Source of the DNA: Nitrosopumilaceae archaeon
GTDB lineage: Archaea > Thermoproteota > Nitrososphaeria > Nitrososphaerales > Nitrosopumilaceae
Assembly (NCBI GenBank): GCA_965203465.1
Contig: CBDBCR010000001.1
Span: 1 to 64,000 of the forward strand
Reading direction: 5' to 3'
Length of the DNA stretch: 64,000 bases
Program-made: the position numbers and the translations under genes
Part shown: in pieces, positions 1 through 10,225 of the stretch
Position numbering within the stretch: the stretch's first letter is position 1
Layout: each line of letters opens with the position of its first letter
Notes under the pieces: generated by a model
Told to the model about the DNA's origin: nothing
Seen by the model: the letters and a program-made list of their open reading frames with translations, nothing else
The model's database searches: none

Positions 1-233
1 GGACGCAGGTGCGCGAGTTCCTAAACTCGCTGGAGCGGGAGCGGCCCGGCATAAAGAACACGGCGGCCCGCTCGCTGGAGCGCATAGCCGGGGCCGTCGA
101 AGCCAAAAAGCCGGGCGCCTGCCCCTCGTGCGGGGCACCCAGCTCGGGGGGGGCCTGCTCGGTGTGCCTGCTGGCCGGGCGGCTGCGCGACGATGGTTCA
201 AATATGAGGGTGCCCCCGCCGGGGCGGCAGTAG
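1..233 (+). CDS. C-terminal part of TtuA/Ncs6-like (TIGR00269-type) tRNA thiolation protein (partial)
   Basis: REFLNSLERERPGIK followed by C-terminal CPSCG...CSVC zinc motif typical of this family; 5' end outside window. Confidence 0.65.
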   Translation, partial: TQVREFLNSLERERPGIKNTAARSLERIAGAVEAKKPGACPSCGAPSSGGACSVCLLAGRLRDDGSNMRVPPPGRQ

Positions 234-541
234 GTAGGGTCGGGGTGCCAGCCGTGCCCCTTTCCGAAACCGGCTACACGCGGAGACCAGCAACCGCTGG
301 GCAAATCTCCAGGAGTGTGGTACCCGCAGGGCGAGCGGGCGTGAACCCACGCCGGGGCGGGTGGTTGCAGGAGGGCGGCCGTCCGAAGGGACGCAACCGC
401 GCTCCGTGCCGCCGAAAGTGATGAGGTCCGGGAGGGAGCAGTCATAAGGCGGAGCATCCACGCTTCCCCGTCAACGTGGCGGACCTTGCCCGCCCTGAAA
501 CGGGGCCGCGGTCCTGGATCGGAACCGGCGGGGCTACTGCC
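226..541 (+). ncRNA. ffs: Archaeal SRP (7S) RNA
   Basis: Helix-8 signature GGTCC-GGGA-GGGAGCAG at ~425-441; terminal helix GGCAGTAG (226-233) pairs with CTACTGCC (534-541); 316 nt; TATA-like TTCAAATA ~25 nt upstream. Confidence 0.85.
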
Positions 542-871
542 TCAATAACGAACCTCGAATTCCGGCCGCCCCTCCGGAAGATCGGCCCCACCGGCGCTCG
601 CATCGAGCAGCTGGCAGTACCTGCAGTCGACCGGCTCCAGCTCGGAAAGCTCGAGTGAGTCCACGCGCGAGCCGGCCGGCCCGCGCCGCGCCCACGCGAG
701 CAGCGCCTCGACCTTGCCGCCGTCGCCCTCCACGACCGCCTCGACCCTGCCGTCGTCCAGGTTCCTGACCCAGCCCGAGACGCCCAGCCTCAGAGCCTGG
801 ACCTTCATCGACTGCCTGTAAAAGACACCCTGCACGCGGCCCGACACCAGGATTTTGGCGCGGCGCGTCAA
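542..871 (-). CDS. acyP: Acylphosphatase
   Basis: VSGRVQGVFYR and GWVRNLDDGRVE motifs; TTG start overlaps rpl2 stop. Confidence 0.9.
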   Translation of the reverse strand: MTRRAKILVSGRVQGVFYRQSMKVQALRLGVSGWVRNLDDGRVEAVVEGDGGKVEALLAWARRGPAGSRVDSLELSELEPVDCRYCQLLDASAGGADLPEGRPEFEVRY

Positions 872-1599
872 CGGCGATCCTTGATGCGCGCCCTGCCGGT
901 CTTGCGCGCGGCGATGCTTCCCACCTTGGCGCCGGGCGGCGCGTCGCGCGCGACCGTCGAGCTCTGCCCGACGTGCTGGTGCCTGCCGCCGCCGTGCGGG
1001 TGCACGTAGGCCGCCTGCGCCACGCCGCGCACTATGGGGTACTTGCGCCCGCGCGCGCGGAACTTGCGCCACTTGCCGCCGGCCGACATGAGCGGCCTCT
1101 CCGATGCGCCGCCGCCGGCCAGCGATCCTATCATGGCGCGGTTCTTGGGGTTGAGGGTGGCGAACCTGCCGGAGGGCAGTTTGACGGTCACGCCGTCCTC
1201 GCCGTGCGAGAACACCGTGGCGCTGGTGCCGGCCGACTTTACCAGCGAGCCGCCGTCGCAAAAGTGCCGCTCGACGTTGCAGACCGCCGTGCCGTCCGGT
1301 ATGTTCTGCACGCTGATCACGTTGCCCGGCCTTATGCCCGACTTTAGGCCGAACTGCATGTCCGAGCCCACGCGGGTGCCGAGCACCGCGGGCACGAACC
1401 ATACCGAGCCGTCCTCGAAGCGCAGTTTCGCAAGCGGCGCGTCCCGGCCCCGCTCGTGCACCAAGTCTATGACCCTGCCGGTGTGCTGCTCGGAGAGCGG
1501 GAACGGCGGGTACTTTGTGTCGGCTATCTTGCCCGTCGAGGAGGCCCGGAACTGGCGGCCCCCGCGCCCGCGCCTCCTGACCAGCGGCCTCTTGCCCAT
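868..1599 (-). CDS. rpl2: 50S ribosomal protein uL2
   Basis: MGKR...RGRGG, HERGRDAPLA, VRGVAQAAYVHPHGGG, PPGAKVGSIAARKTGR. Confidence 0.97.
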   Translation of the reverse strand: MGKRPLVRRRGRGGRQFRASSTGKIADTKYPPFPLSEQHTGRVIDLVHERGRDAPLAKLRFEDGSVWFVPAVLGTRVGSDMQFGLKSGIRPGNVISVQNIPDGTAVCNVERHFCDGGSLVKSAGTSATVFSHGEDGVTVKLPSGRFATLNPKNRAMIGSLAGGGASERPLMSAGGKWRKFRARGRKYPIVRGVAQAAYVHPHGGGRHQHVGQSSTVARDAPPGAKVGSIAARKTGRARIKDRR

Positions 1600-1691
1600 A
1601 GGCCCGGCCGGGCCGGGGGCGCGGATTTTAAGCTTGCCAATGGGCGCCGTTCCGACAAAGGTATAAACATTGGACGGGGGGTTTTTTCGCC

Positions 1692-3877
1692 GTGGAGCCG
1701 AACAACCTGACCCTAAAGGTTCTGGAGGCGTACACCAGGGACGTGGGCAGGGGCGTTGCCCGCATAGACTACGATTCGATGGACAGCCTGGGCGCCTCGA
1801 CCGGCGACGTCATCGAGATAAAGGGCAAGCGCAGGACGGTAGCAAAGTGCCTCCCCCTGTACCCGTCCGACGAGGGCAAGGGGCTGCTGAGGATAGACGG
1901 CCTGGGGCGCAACAACGCCGGCATCGCGATCGGGGACACCATCACCGTCCGCAAGATAAAGGCGGTGCCGGGCGAAAAGGTGGTCGTCTCGCCGCTCGAG
2001 GCCATACCGCCCATCGACGAGCGGTACCTGTCCCGACGCGCTCGAGAGCATCCCGCTGATAAAGGGCGACAACGTCAGCCTCCCGTACTTTGGCGGCAGG
2101 CTCACGTTCCAGGTGATAGGCGTCTCGCCGGCAGAGGCGGTGCTGGTCACGCAAAAGACCGTATTCCATCTGGCAGAAAAGGGCGAGACGCTGCGCGGCG
2201 TCCCGCAGGTCACCTACGAGGACATCGGCGGCCTCACGGACGAGATCAAAAAGGTGCGCGAGATGATAGAGCTGCCCCTGCGCCACCCCGAGATATTCGA
2301 AAAGCTGGGCATCGAGGCGCCAAAGGGCGTGCTGCTGTACGGCCCGCCAGGCACCGGCAAGACCCTGCTGGCAAAGGCCGTCGCCAACGAGAGCAACGCG
2401 CACTTTATCAGCATATCCGGGCCCGAGATCATGTCAAAGTTCTACGGCGAGAGCGAGGCGAGGCTGCGCGAGATATTCAAGGAGGCCAGGGAAAAGGCGC
2501 CGTCGATAATATTCGTAGACGAGATAGATTCGATCGCCCCAAAGAGGGAGGAGGTCACCGGCGAGGTGGAAAGGAGGGTCGTCTCGCAGATGCTCTCGCT
2601 GATGGACGGCCTCGAGGCGCGCGGGCGCGTCATCGTGATATCTGCCACCAACCGCCCCAACGCCATAGACCCGGCGCTGCGCAGGCCCGGCCGCTTCGAC
2701 CGCGAGATAGAGATACGCGTGCCGGACAAAAAGGGCCGCAAGGACATCCTTGCCATACACACGCGCAACATGCCCCTCGACGACGAGGTCAACATGGACG
2801 GGGTGGCCGCGGTCAGCCACGGCTACGTGGGCGCCGACCTGGAATACCTCTGCAAGGAGGCGGCCATGAAGTGCCTGCGCCGCCTGCTGCCCGAGCTGGA
2901 CCTCGACGAGGAAAAGCTCTCGCCCGAGACGCTCGACAAGCTGGTCGTCAATTCGGACGACTTTCAGCGCGCCATCAGGGAGGTGACCCCGTCGGGCATG
3001 CGCGAGGTCTTTATCGAGAACCCCGACGTAAAGTGGGACGAGGTCGGGGGCCTAGACGACGTGAAAAAGGAGCTCCAGGAGGCAGTCGAGTGGCCCATGA
3101 AGTACCCCGGCCTGTACGACAAGCTGGGCCACCAGATGCCGCGCGGCATACTGCTCCACGGGCCCAGCGGCACCGGCAAGACCCTGCTGGCAAAGGCCGT
3201 CGCCACGCAGAGCGAGGCCAACTTCGTCTCCGTGAGGGGGCCCGAGCTGCTCTCAAAGTGGGTCGGGGAATCCGAGCGCGGCATACGCGAGATCTTCAAG
3301 AGGGCGCGCCAGTCGGCCCCGTGCGTGGTCTTTTTCGACGAGATAGATTCGATAGCCCCCATCAGGGGCGGGGGCGGCGAGACGGCCGTCACCGAGCGCG
3401 TCGTCAGCCAGCTGCTCACCGAACTCGACGGCATGGAGAACATGCACGGAGTAGTGGTGCTCGCGGCCACCAACAGGGTCGACACCATAGATCCGGCCCT
3501 GCTGCGCCCGGGCCGCTTCGACAAGATAATCCAGATACCGCTGCCCGACAAGGAGAGCCGCAGGAAGATACTGGAGATCAACTCCGAAAAGATACCGGCC
3601 GTCACCGAAAAGGGCAAGCCCGGCTGCGTCGACTTTGAAAAGCTGGCCGAGATGACCGACCGCATGAGCGGCGCCGACGTGGCTGCCATCGCCAACACGG
3701 CCGTCTCGCTGGTCATACACGAGTTTCTGGACAGCCTGCCCGAGATCAAAGAGCTGGAAAACAGCGCCAAGGGCGCCGCGGTCAGCATGAAGCACTTTGA
3801 GGAGGCGGTAAAAAAGGTGCGCAGCCAGAAAGAGCTAAAGACCAGCAAGCTCATGGACATTATCCTACTACAGGTAG
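1692..3877 (+). CDS. cdc48: CDC48/VCP family AAA+ ATPase, with two apparent +1 indels (~2031 and ~3860)
   Basis: N-domain ([11 protein letters not shown]) in frame 1692; D1/D2 Walker A motifs ([16 protein letters not shown]) in frame 2113; C-terminal SYYR-stop (HbYX-type) in a third frame ending 3877. Confidence 0.9.
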
Positions 3878-4057
3878 CAAGGTTTAGATGGTATCGGAGC
3901 GTACACCGTGCATGTCAGACGCGCAGGACACGATGATGCTCATCATGGGCGTGCAGAACGAGATCGTCGGAATCACGCGCTTCATAAAGTACCTGTTCCT
4001 AGCGTGCCAGAACGAGACGCTACGCGACCCGCCCGACATAGAGTGGCGCAGCCACTA

Positions 4058-5168
4058 TAGTTCTGGACAAAAGTTCGCCGTCAAAACTTGGCGTATCTTT
4101 TCGGGCGCTGGTTCATGCACTTGATCGGATCTATGTTGTAGTGCACGGTCCTGTAATGCTCCGACAAGTCTTTGCAAAAGTCTTCGAACGATGCGTGGTA
4201 CTTGTACGAGACGCTCGATCTGCTCTTGACTAGCCACATGTGCTCGGCCGGATTCACGTACGGCGAACCGACGGGCGTATACCGCAAGACGATCTCCGGG
4301 TTGTCGCGCAAAAACTCCTGAACCTTGCGCGATTGGTGGTACGACGCGCGGTCTTCGTATATGAGGAGCGGCCCGAACCGCCTGTGCGCTTCCTTGAGAA
4401 AATCGATGAACGTGTCGGAGTTGGCCCTGTCGTACAGCCGGACCATGTGTCTTGTGTCTTCCAGCAACAGCCCGTGCGCCGACACTTTTTGGGGGTCGTT
4501 GGTGAAGGTTCCGCTTACCGGCGTGCCTTGCTCCGTCCAGAACAAGGCGTTGGACTTGTCGTCCCTGCGGTGGTGCGACTCATCCCCCCACCCCACGGTG
4601 CGCCCTTTGCGCCTGTGGTAGGCAATAACGCGCCTTTCGCGCTTCTGCCACTTGCTCACGGCGGCCGGGCTGGCGTGGTTTACGTGGACGTACTGTATTT
4701 TCTTGGGAGAGAGGTTGCGGCCGCGCATGAGCCTCAGGGACATGCCTGCTGCTGTAGCCCACGCCGGTCTTCCGTTTTATCGCGTCGCTGACCTCGTGCG
4801 GCCGCACCCGTTTCCGGGACGCGTCGTCTATGATCTTGTTGAGTTTGTCTTTCCTTACCTTGGGCGGCCTTCCTGCACGCGGACGGTCGCGGAGGGCGTC
4901 CAGCCCGCCGCTCTCGTACCTGTCCACCCACTGCCGCACCCAGTCGTCGGACATCATCAGGCTCTGCGCAACATCGTCGACTCGCTGTCCTTGCACCGCC
5001 ACCATGTTGACGGCCACTATGCGCAGGCTGACCCGGGCGTCCTTTTCCTTCTTGAGTGCCTTTTTCAGCACCGTTGACGTGTTAGTCATGGGTGTAGCCT
5101 GATCCCGTAGTAAATAAGTGCGTGAGAAAAAAATTGTTGACAAACCGACGAATTTTCGTCCAGAACTA
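4058..5168 (-). mobile_element. IS630-family insertion sequence (1111 bp)
   Basis: TIRs TAGTTCTGGACAAAAGTTCG / TAGTTCTGGACGAAAATTCG; TA duplication at 4056-4057 and 5169-5170; DDE transposase inside. Confidence 0.93.
4081..5089 (-). CDS. IS630 transposase, split by one extra base at ~4738
   Basis: HTH region (WVRQWVDRYESGGLDALRDRPRAGRP) plus DDE motifs GDES, EDRASYH, SPYVNPAEHMW. Confidence 0.9.
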
Positions 5169-5546
5169 TACTACGGCCCGTACTGGGACGGCTTCAACGA
5201 CGCGGTCGGCTCGCTCGTAAAACAGAACTTGGTGAGCACCGAAGAACTGAGGAACGAGCTCGGTCGCACTACGAGGTATTCCATAACCCCAAAAGGCAGA
5301 AAGCGTTTCAACGGACTGCTGGAAAAACTGGACGAGAAGGAGATCTCAGACCTGACATCCGTCATACGCGCGCACCAGCGCAAGTCCCTGACGGCCTTTC
5401 TGAAATTCATTTTCCGGAACTATCCGAGATATAAGAAACGCAGCCTGATCGTAGACAGGATACTTGCAGACTAGGATCCGACCACGGCGCCGGGCGCCGA
5501 ACATGTGGGCGGCAAGATTTAGATGGTAGGCGCCCGCACGTAGTGC

Positions 5547-5994
5547 GTGCCGGACGCGCAGGACACGATGTTGCTGATCATCGGGGTGCAGGGCGAGATC
5601 GTGGGGATCACCCGCCTCATAAAGTACCTGTTCCTCGCGTGCCAGAACGGCGCGCTGCGCGAGCCGCCCGACATAGAGTGGCGCAGCCACTACTACGGCC
5701 CGTACTGGGACGGGATCAACGGCGCGATCGGCTCGCTCGTGGAACGGAATCTGGTCAGCACTACCGAGCTGAAAAACGACATGGGGCGCACTACGAGGTT
5801 ATTCCATAACCGACAAGGGCAGGCAGCACTACGGCAGGCTGGTGGAAAAACTGGGCAAGAAAGAAGCTTCCAAGCTTACTGCCATCGTGCACGCGCACCA
5901 GCACAAGCCACTTATCGTCTTTCTGGACTTCATCTACGGGAAATATCCCGAATACAGGGAGTTCGATATAATCGCAGACAAGATACGCTCCTAG
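5547..5994 (+). CDS. Panacea/SocA/YwgA-like winged-helix protein copy 2 (apparent +1 T at ~5799)
   Basis: Close paralog of copy 1; AGGTTATTCC here vs AGGTATTCC in copy 1; shifted frame reads YSITDKG...YGKYPEY...KIRS-stop. Confidence 0.7.
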
Positions 5995-6308
5995 GATCCA
6001 GCCATGACGCCGACCACTACCAGCACGAACCCGACTACAAGAAACACCATCCCGTATGGAAACAGCTGTTCTTCGTACTTGCTCGTTTCTTCAGATATTT
6101 TTTTCAAGTAACGGCGATCATCCTGTATCGAGAACGCTAAATCGTCCGATTGGCCCGAGTCGTCAAGCACGACTGCTTGCTGCAAGGTCGAGATCAAGCG
6201 CAGTATGCTGGAGACTTTGGGTATCGGGATTAGCAACGTCAGCGCAGCTGCAAAATCCAAAAACAGCCCCGCAACCAAGATCGCCAAACCGTCCATTTGC
6301 GCTGGCAA
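5991..6308 (-). CDS. Small two-TM membrane protein, hypothetical
   Basis: Hydrophobic N- and C-terminal stretches; lower GC than backbone. Confidence 0.55.
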   Translation of the reverse strand: MPAQMDGLAILVAGLFLDFAAALTLLIPIPKVSSILRLISTLQQAVVLDDSGQSDDLAFSIQDDRRYLKKISEETSKYEEQLFPYGMVFLVVGFVLVVVGVMAGS

Positions 6309-6483
6309 GTGTATGTTTGGAGTATAAAAGAAGTATTTCCAACCGGATCGGCCGCCGGTCTAGTCAATGCACTGCCGCGATCGAATCAGGTCTGCGCGAC
6401 GATGCGCGCCCCCGGCCGCGCAGTCGGGCGGTTCCAAAGACGCCACAGTTAGTATCTTATAGCACGGCGCGGCGCGCCCGCGC

Positions 6484-7716
6484 ATGTCCGCCGTCTTGGA
6501 GCAGTCGGGCGCCTCGCCGGGCGACCGCGTCCTGGTAAAGGCCGGCAGGGAGCACGAGGGCACGCTGATGCCCGGGTACGGGGATCCGGGCACGATAGTC
6601 CTAAAGCTGGACAGCGGGTACAACGTGGGGATCGGCGCCGGCGGCGTAAGATCCGTAAGGGTGCTCGGGCGCCCGGCCGGGGCGCCCGCCGAAAGGCCGA
6701 GGCCCGAGCCGCGCGGCGGCCTGGCCCGCGTGCTGCTCATATCGACCGGCGGCACCATAGCCAGCCGGGTCGACTACCGGACCGGCGCGGTCACGCCGGC
6801 CCTCGACGCGTCGGGCATCTACGAGTACGCCCCCGAGCTGGGCCGGATAGCCGACATCCGCACGCTCGACCTGTTCTCGAAGCACTCGGAGGACATGACG
6901 CCGGGCGACTGGCTCAGGATAGCCGAGGAGGTGCGCCGCGGCGCGCAGGACCACGACGGCATCGTGATAGCGCACGGCACCGACACGATGCACTACACGT
7001 CGGCGTTCCTTTCGTTCGCGCTAGCCGGCCTGCCGGTGCCGGTGGCCCTCGTCGGCGCGCAGAGGTCGCCGGACCGCGCCTCGTCGGACGCGGCCGAGAA
7101 CCTGCTGGGCGCGGCCAGGCTGGCGGCCGGCTGCGGCGCCAACGGCGTATACGTGGTCATGCACGCCGGCCAGGACGACGGGGCGGTGGCCTGCCACGCG
7201 GGCACGCGCGTGCGCAAAAGCCACACCAGCGCTAGGGGCGCCTTCGAGACCGTCGGCGGCCCGCCCGCGTTCACCATAAGGGGCGGGGAGATATCCCGCA
7301 GCATCGGCGACTACTTTAGGCCCGGCCCGTTCGAGCCGCGCATATCCGTATCGGAAAAGGTGGCGCTCGTAAAGTGCCACCCCGGCTACAGCGCCGAGGC
7401 GTTCGCCAGGGCGGCAGAGGGCGCAGAGGCCGTCATCATAGAGGGCACCGGCCTGGGCCACGCCGGAAAGAACCTGCTGCCGGCCGTGCGCGAGGCGAGC
7501 AGGTCCGGCGCGTTCGTCGGCATGGCCTCGCAGTGCATCGCCGGGCGCACCAACATGAACGTGTACGCGAGCGGCAGGGAGCTGCAGAAAGCCGGCGCGG
7601 TGCCCCTGGCCGACATGCTGCCAGAGACCGCGCTCGTAAAGGCCATGTGGGCCGCCGGCGCCGGCGACGTGCACGGACTGATGCTCGAAAGGATCGCCTC
7701 GGAGTTTTCGGACTAG
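6484..7716 (+). CDS. gatD: Glu-tRNA(Gln) amidotransferase subunit D
   Basis: LKLDSGYNVG, STGGTIASRVDYRTGAV, HGTDT, GAQRSPDRASSD. Confidence 0.95.
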   Translation: MSAVLEQSGASPGDRVLVKAGREHEGTLMPGYGDPGTIVLKLDSGYNVGIGAGGVRSVRVLGRPAGAPAERPRPEPRGGLARVLLISTGGTIASRVDYRTGAVTPALDASGIYEYAPELGRIADIRTLDLFSKHSEDMTPGDWLRIAEEVRRGAQDHDGIVIAHGTDTMHYTSAFLSFALAGLPVPVALVGAQRSPDRASSDAAENLLGAARLAAGCGANGVYVVMHAGQDDGAVACHAGTRVRKSHTSARGAFETVGGPPAFTIRGGEISRSIGDYFRPGPFEPRISVSEKVALVKCHPGYSAEAFARAAEGAEAVIIEGTGLGHAGKNLLPAVREASRSGAFVGMASQCIAGRTNMNVYASGRELQKAGAVPLADMLPETALVKAMWAAGAGDVHGLMLERIASEFSD

Positions 7717-7717
7717 C

Positions 7718-9553
7718 ATGGCCACCGTCGGGCTAGAGATACACCAGCAGCTCGACACGGGGCGCAAGCTTTTCTGCCCGTGCGGCTACGACGACGCTCC
7801 CCGGTACACCGAGTCGTTCCGGCGCCGCCTGCGCGCGTCCAGCGGCGAGACGGGCGCGACGGACCGCGCCGCGCTCTTCGAAGAGTCAAAGCGCGCCGAG
7901 TTCGAGTACCGGGCCTGCCCGTCGAGCAGCTGCGCGGTCGAGCGCGACGAGGAGCCGCCGCGCGCGCCCGACCCGGCCGCCGTGGAGTCGGCGCTGCTCA
8001 TAGCCGGCGCGCTGCGCTCGGACGTATTCGCGCAGCTGCACCCCATGAGAAAGACCGTCGTGGACGGCTCCAACACGTCCGGCTTCCAGAGGACCATGCT
8101 GGTGTCGGAGGGCGGCGCCGTCGAGGCGGGCGGCAGGATACCCATACAGTCGGTCTGCCTCGAGGAGGACGCGGCGCGCAGGATAGAAAAGAACGCCTAC
8201 GGCCTCGAGAGGCTCGGCGTGCCGCTAGTCGAGATAGCCACCGGGCCCTTCGAGGCCGAGCCGGGCCGCACGCGCCAGGTGGCCCTGGCCCTCGGCCGCC
8301 TGCTGCGCGCCACCGGCAGGGTGCGCAGGGGCATAGGCACCATCAGGCAGGACGTCAACGTCTCGGTGGGCGGGGCCGTAGTCGAGGTAAAGGGCGTGCA
8401 GCAGCTAGACCAGCTCGAAAAGGTGGTGGAATTCGAGGCGGCAAGGCAGCGGGGCCTGCTGGAGATATCGGACATGGTGAAAAAGTCGGGCTGGGCGCGC
8501 GGGCCGTGGGAGGACGTCTCGGGCGCGCTAAAGGGGTCCGAATCCGAGGTCGTCTCGGCGGCCCTCGGCGGGGGCCGGGCGGTGCTCGGCTCGCGCTTCG
8601 CCGGCATGGCCGGCGTCTTTGGGCACTGCCCGTCGCCGGGCGTGCGCCTGGGCAGGGACGTCGCCGAGGTGGCCAGGGCGATGGGCCTGGGCGGCCTCTT
8701 CCATTCGGACGAGCTGCCGGGCCACGGCATCGCGCAAAAGCAGGTGGACGCGGTCTGGGACGCGCTGGGCCTGAAAGAGGGCGACGCGTTCGTGCTGCTC
8801 GCCGCCGCCGAGCCCGAGGCGCGCGCGGCCGCCGAGGCCGTCGCGGCCAGGATAGAGCAGGTGAGGGACGAGGGCGTGCCGGCCGACACGCGCCTGGCCA
8901 CGCCGGCGGGGCAGACCGCGTTCATGCGCCCCCGGCCCGGCGCGGCCCGCATGTACCCAGAGACGGACGTGCCGGTCGTGGTGCCGACGGCCGAACAGAT
9001 GCGCGCGGCAGACAAGGGGCGCGGCGTATCGTGGGAGGGAGAGATCGCCGCGCTGCGAAAGGCGGGCCTCAACGCGCAGCTCGCAGAGCAGGTCTTCGAC
9101 TCCGGGCGCGCGCGCACGTTCGGCAGGATATGCGGCGTAGAGGGCGTGGAGCCAAACTACGCCGCGTCGGTCATCTGCTCGACGATAACCGAACTTGCGC
9201 GCAGGGGCCTCGACGCCGGAAAGCTTGGCGACGGGGACCTGGAAAAGGTCTTCGAACACCTGGGCGCCGGGAAGATAGCCAAGGAATCAGTAGAGCAGAT
9301 ACTCGAAAAGATAATGGGCGGCGCCGATCCGGGCTCGGCCCTGGAGTCGGCCTCGTCCGGCGCGCTCTCGGGCCAAGAGCTCCGGGACAGCATAGCCGAG
9401 ATACTGCGGGAGAACGCAGAGCTCGCGTCGCTGGGCGAGCGCGCCGCAGGCCCGCTGATGGGCAAGGTGATGGCCCGGATCAGGGGGAGGGCGCCGGGCG
9501 ACCAGATAAGCGGCATAGTAAGAGAAATGTTGAAGAAAAAGGATGCAGTGTAG
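7718..9553 (+). CDS. gatE: Glu-tRNA(Gln) amidotransferase subunit E
   Basis: GLEIHQQL, MRKTVVDGSNTSGFQRT, RPGAARMYPETD. Confidence 0.95.
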   Translation: MATVGLEIHQQLDTGRKLFCPCGYDDAPRYTESFRRRLRASSGETGATDRAALFEESKRAEFEYRACPSSSCAVERDEEPPRAPDPAAVESALLIAGALRSDVFAQLHPMRKTVVDGSNTSGFQRTMLVSEGGAVEAGGRIPIQSVCLEEDAARRIEKNAYGLERLGVPLVEIATGPFEAEPGRTRQVALALGRLLRATGRVRRGIGTIRQDVNVSVGGAVVEVKGVQQLDQLEKVVEFEAARQRGLLEISDMVKKSGWARGPWEDVSGALKGSESEVVSAALGGGRAVLGSRFAGMAGVFGHCPSPGVRLGRDVAEVARAMGLGGLFHSDELPGHGIAQKQVDAVWDALGLKEGDAFVLLAAAEPEARAAAEAVAARIEQVRDEGVPADTRLATPAGQTAFMRPRPGAARMYPETDVPVVVPTAEQMRAADKGRGVSWEGEIAALRKAGLNAQLAEQVFDSGRARTFGRICGVEGVEPNYAASVICSTITELARRGLDAGKLGDGDLEKVFEHLGAGKIAKESVEQILEKIMGGADPGSALESASSGALSGQELRDSIAEILRENAELASLGERAAGPLMGKVMARIRGRAPGDQISGIVREMLKKKDAV

Positions 9554-9805
9554 TTAGTCTACCCTGCGCCGTCCCGTGCCCCTGCCGACCGAGACGTAGC
9601 GTCCCTTGGCCGACGAGGTTCCCGAGCCGGATCCCATGTCGCCGAACCGGATCTTGCGCGTGCCGCGCCCGGTCGTGATATAGGTGTCTTTTGCACTCTC
9701 CTTCTGCTTTTTCTGGTACTCTTTGTACGACTCGCCGGAGATCGGAGTCTTTCGGAGCTCCTTCACCGGGCGCCGCGAAGTGCCTCTGCCGCCTACAAAA
9801 CCCAT
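9554..9805 (-). CDS. Small basic hypothetical protein
   Basis: 83-aa ORF filling the gap after gatE; TTTAAA box ~25-30 nt upstream of ATG. Confidence 0.55.
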   Translation of the reverse strand: MGFVGGRGTSRRPVKELRKTPISGESYKEYQKKQKESAKDTYITTGRGTRKIRFGDMGSGSGTSSAKGRYVSVGRGTGRRRVD

Positions 9806-9911
9806 GTGGCGGTAAGGCGGACAGGTTGTTTTTAAAGTTGTCCATGGGCCCAGAATCCCGGATTCTGCGCGGTTCCGGCGGCCGGCGGGGGCCCCCGGAA
9901 CCGCCGTTTCA

Positions 9912-9996
9912 TGCGGGAGATGGGATTCGAACCCACGAACTCCTAAGAGATAAGGACCTGAACCTTACGCCTTTGGCCAGGCTGGGCGACTCCCGC
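9912..9996 (-). tRNA. tRNA-Leu (CAG)
   Basis: GCGGGAG acceptor stem, anticodon arm TAAGG-TTCAGGT-CCTTA, long variable arm, GTTCGAATC T-loop. Confidence 0.95.
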
Positions 9997-10063
9997 GCAC
10001 GGCCCGGGCGGGGGCCCGAATAAGTGCCTTACGTACAAATTCGGGGCCGGCCCGGGGCCGGCG

Positions 10064-10225
10064 TTGAGGTACAGCCAGGTGTACTGCCGCGACTGCAAGA
10101 GGGTGCTTGGCAGGTACAACCGCAAGTTCTACACGGACGACAAGATAGGCGAGCTGCTGCGCACCGGCCACTCGGTCCACGTAAAGGAGGGCCACGAGGT
10201 CGAGATCCGCATCGTCGATACCTAG
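10064..10225 (+). CDS. 53-aa putative zinc-binding protein (absent from ORF track)
   Basis: TTG start: [53 protein letters not shown]; fills gap between tRNA-Leu and dnaJ. Confidence 0.65.
   Translation: MRYSQVYCRDCKRVLGRYNRKFYTDDKIGELLRTGHSVHVKEGHEVEIRIVDT

Larger units (their letters stand above)
3912..5474 (+). pseudogene. Panacea/SocA/YwgA-like winged-helix protein copy 1, interrupted by IS630
   Basis: Removing 4058-5170 rejoins WRSHY-YGPYW, matching paralog at 5547; GITRFIKYLFL and YYGPY motifs. Confidence 0.75.

Noticed and set aside
226-541. RNase P RNA, or the short ORFs called over this stretch
   Set aside because: No GAGGAAAGTCC-type P4 motif; helix-8 motif and terminal pairing fit SRP RNA
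7780-9678. Long alternative-frame ORFs here and elsewhere (e.g. 20835-23030, 36645-38699, 44070-46319)
   Set aside because: Arg/Gly/Ala/Pro-rich shadows of real genes, expected at high GC
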